Part shown: positions 41,844 through 42,252 of the stretch, one piece after another
Numbering within the stretch: the first letter of the stretch is position 1
Layout: the number at the start of each line of letters is the position of its first letter
Assembly: GCA_944332575.1 (NCBI GenBank)
Contig: CALVKH010000002.1
Span: 1 to 42,252, forward strand
Source of the DNA: an uncultured Bacilli bacterium
GTDB lineage: Bacteria; Bacillota_I; Bacilli_A; RF39; UBA660
Reading direction: 5' to 3'
DNA: 42,252 nucleotides
The notes under the pieces: model-generated
What the model was told of the DNA's origin: nothing
What the model saw: the letters and a program-made list of their open reading frames with translations, nothing else
The model's database searches: none
Made by a program: the position numbers and the translations under genes

Positions 41844-42022
41844 TACAATTATTAATCATAAGAAAAAGAAAAACAAATTGATAAAATCAAAATTTGCTTT
41901 CGTAATTTTGGTTATTCATTAATTTTAATAAATAATATATATTATTTATAACAAAACGTTCAACGTTATAACTTTTATACATTATTTTAAATTTATTATA
42001 TAGAATATTTAGTAGATATATC

Positions 42023-42168
42023 ATTTGAGTTCCGGTAAAATTTATTAGATTTGTTGAAATATCAATCTAAAATAGATGTATATACTAAACAATATAATTT
42101 TTCTAATTTTTATTGATATCTATTACTTGAGGCAGCATTTTTGGTGAAAAAATACCGAAACTCAAAAT
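42023..42168. repeat. Nested inverted repeats in the 410-bp non-coding region upstream of the helicase
   Basis: ATTTGAGTTCCGGTA (42023-42037) matches TACCGAAACTCAAAAT (42153-42168) at 13 of 14 core positions as a reverse complement. An inner pair AAATATCAAT / ATTGATATCT matches at 9/10. Confidence 0.4.
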
Positions 42169-42252
42169 ATATCAGAATTCTTAATTAAAAAGTCAAGTGC
42201 AACAAATGAATAATCAAATAGAATTCACAGTTTCTTGTAATTTATAAATTTT

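Noticed and set aside
40287-42252. Gabija (GajA/GajB) defence system
   Set aside because: The helicase is GajB-sized. However, the ~410 bp immediately upstream contain no ORF, so no OLD-family ATPase/TOPRIM gene is adjacent within the window. The call cannot be supported from this sequence.
1-42252. CRISPR arrays, IS elements, integrons, rRNA operons
   Set aside because: Reading both strands, I found no regularly spaced direct repeats of 25-40 nt. I also found no transposase-, integrase- or recombinase-like ORFs, no long terminal inverted repeats bounding genes, and no rRNA-like sequence.

Overview
42.25 kb of very AT-rich DNA (G+C not computed; by eye about 25-30 %). It looks like chromosomal backbone of a low-GC, anaerobic, Gram-positive-type bacterium (Bacillota). 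Supporting gene content: ComG-type prepilin, GtrB/CsbB-type surface glycosylation, a CIRCE operator, FeoAB, rubrerythrin plus a Fur/PerR-like regulator, and class III ribonucleotide reductase. I support about 45 protein genes (roughly three quarters on the minus strand), one tRNA-Gly(UCC), and a set of intrinsic terminators, promoters and operators. I see no rRNA, CRISPR array, transposase, integrase or phage structural genes. Recognisable content, left to right: prepilin fragment, 3D-domain wall protein, perR-like/rbr, gtrB plus a GtrA-fused polytopic protein, rmuC, a TVP38/DedA protein, DUF2179, a housekeeping-type ABC-F, rhodanese, feoAB with a divergent DtxR/MntR-like repressor, a six-gene envelope/ABC-2 operon, a second ABC-F with a long linker and a 5-codon leader ORF, a decayed gene fragment, DUF2935, a MerR-type cassette, tRNA-Gly, DUF1538 membrane protein plus tandem P-II-like protein, a CsoR-family regulator, GH25 muramidase, a 603-aa transglutaminase-like protein, nrdD/nrdG, CIRCE-controlled hsp20, an RluA-family synthase, a four-gene esterase/acyltransferase/zinc-ribbon operon, add, and a short UvrD-like helicase. 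The observations I rank highest are these. (1) nrdD is interrupted by a single in-frame TAG, so the glycyl-radical loop sits on a separate 61-codon ORF with its own Shine-Dalgarno and ATG, tightly coupled to nrdG. (2) A translationally coupled operon of unknown function combines an unknown 385-aa protein, an HSL-type esterase, an HxxxDG acyltransferase and a zinc-ribbon membrane protein. (3) A fused DUF1538x2 membrane protein is paired with a fused tandem P-II-like sensor. (4) The long-linker ABC-F carries a leader peptide and alternative hairpins. All family calls come from reading motifs by eye; no database search was possible.
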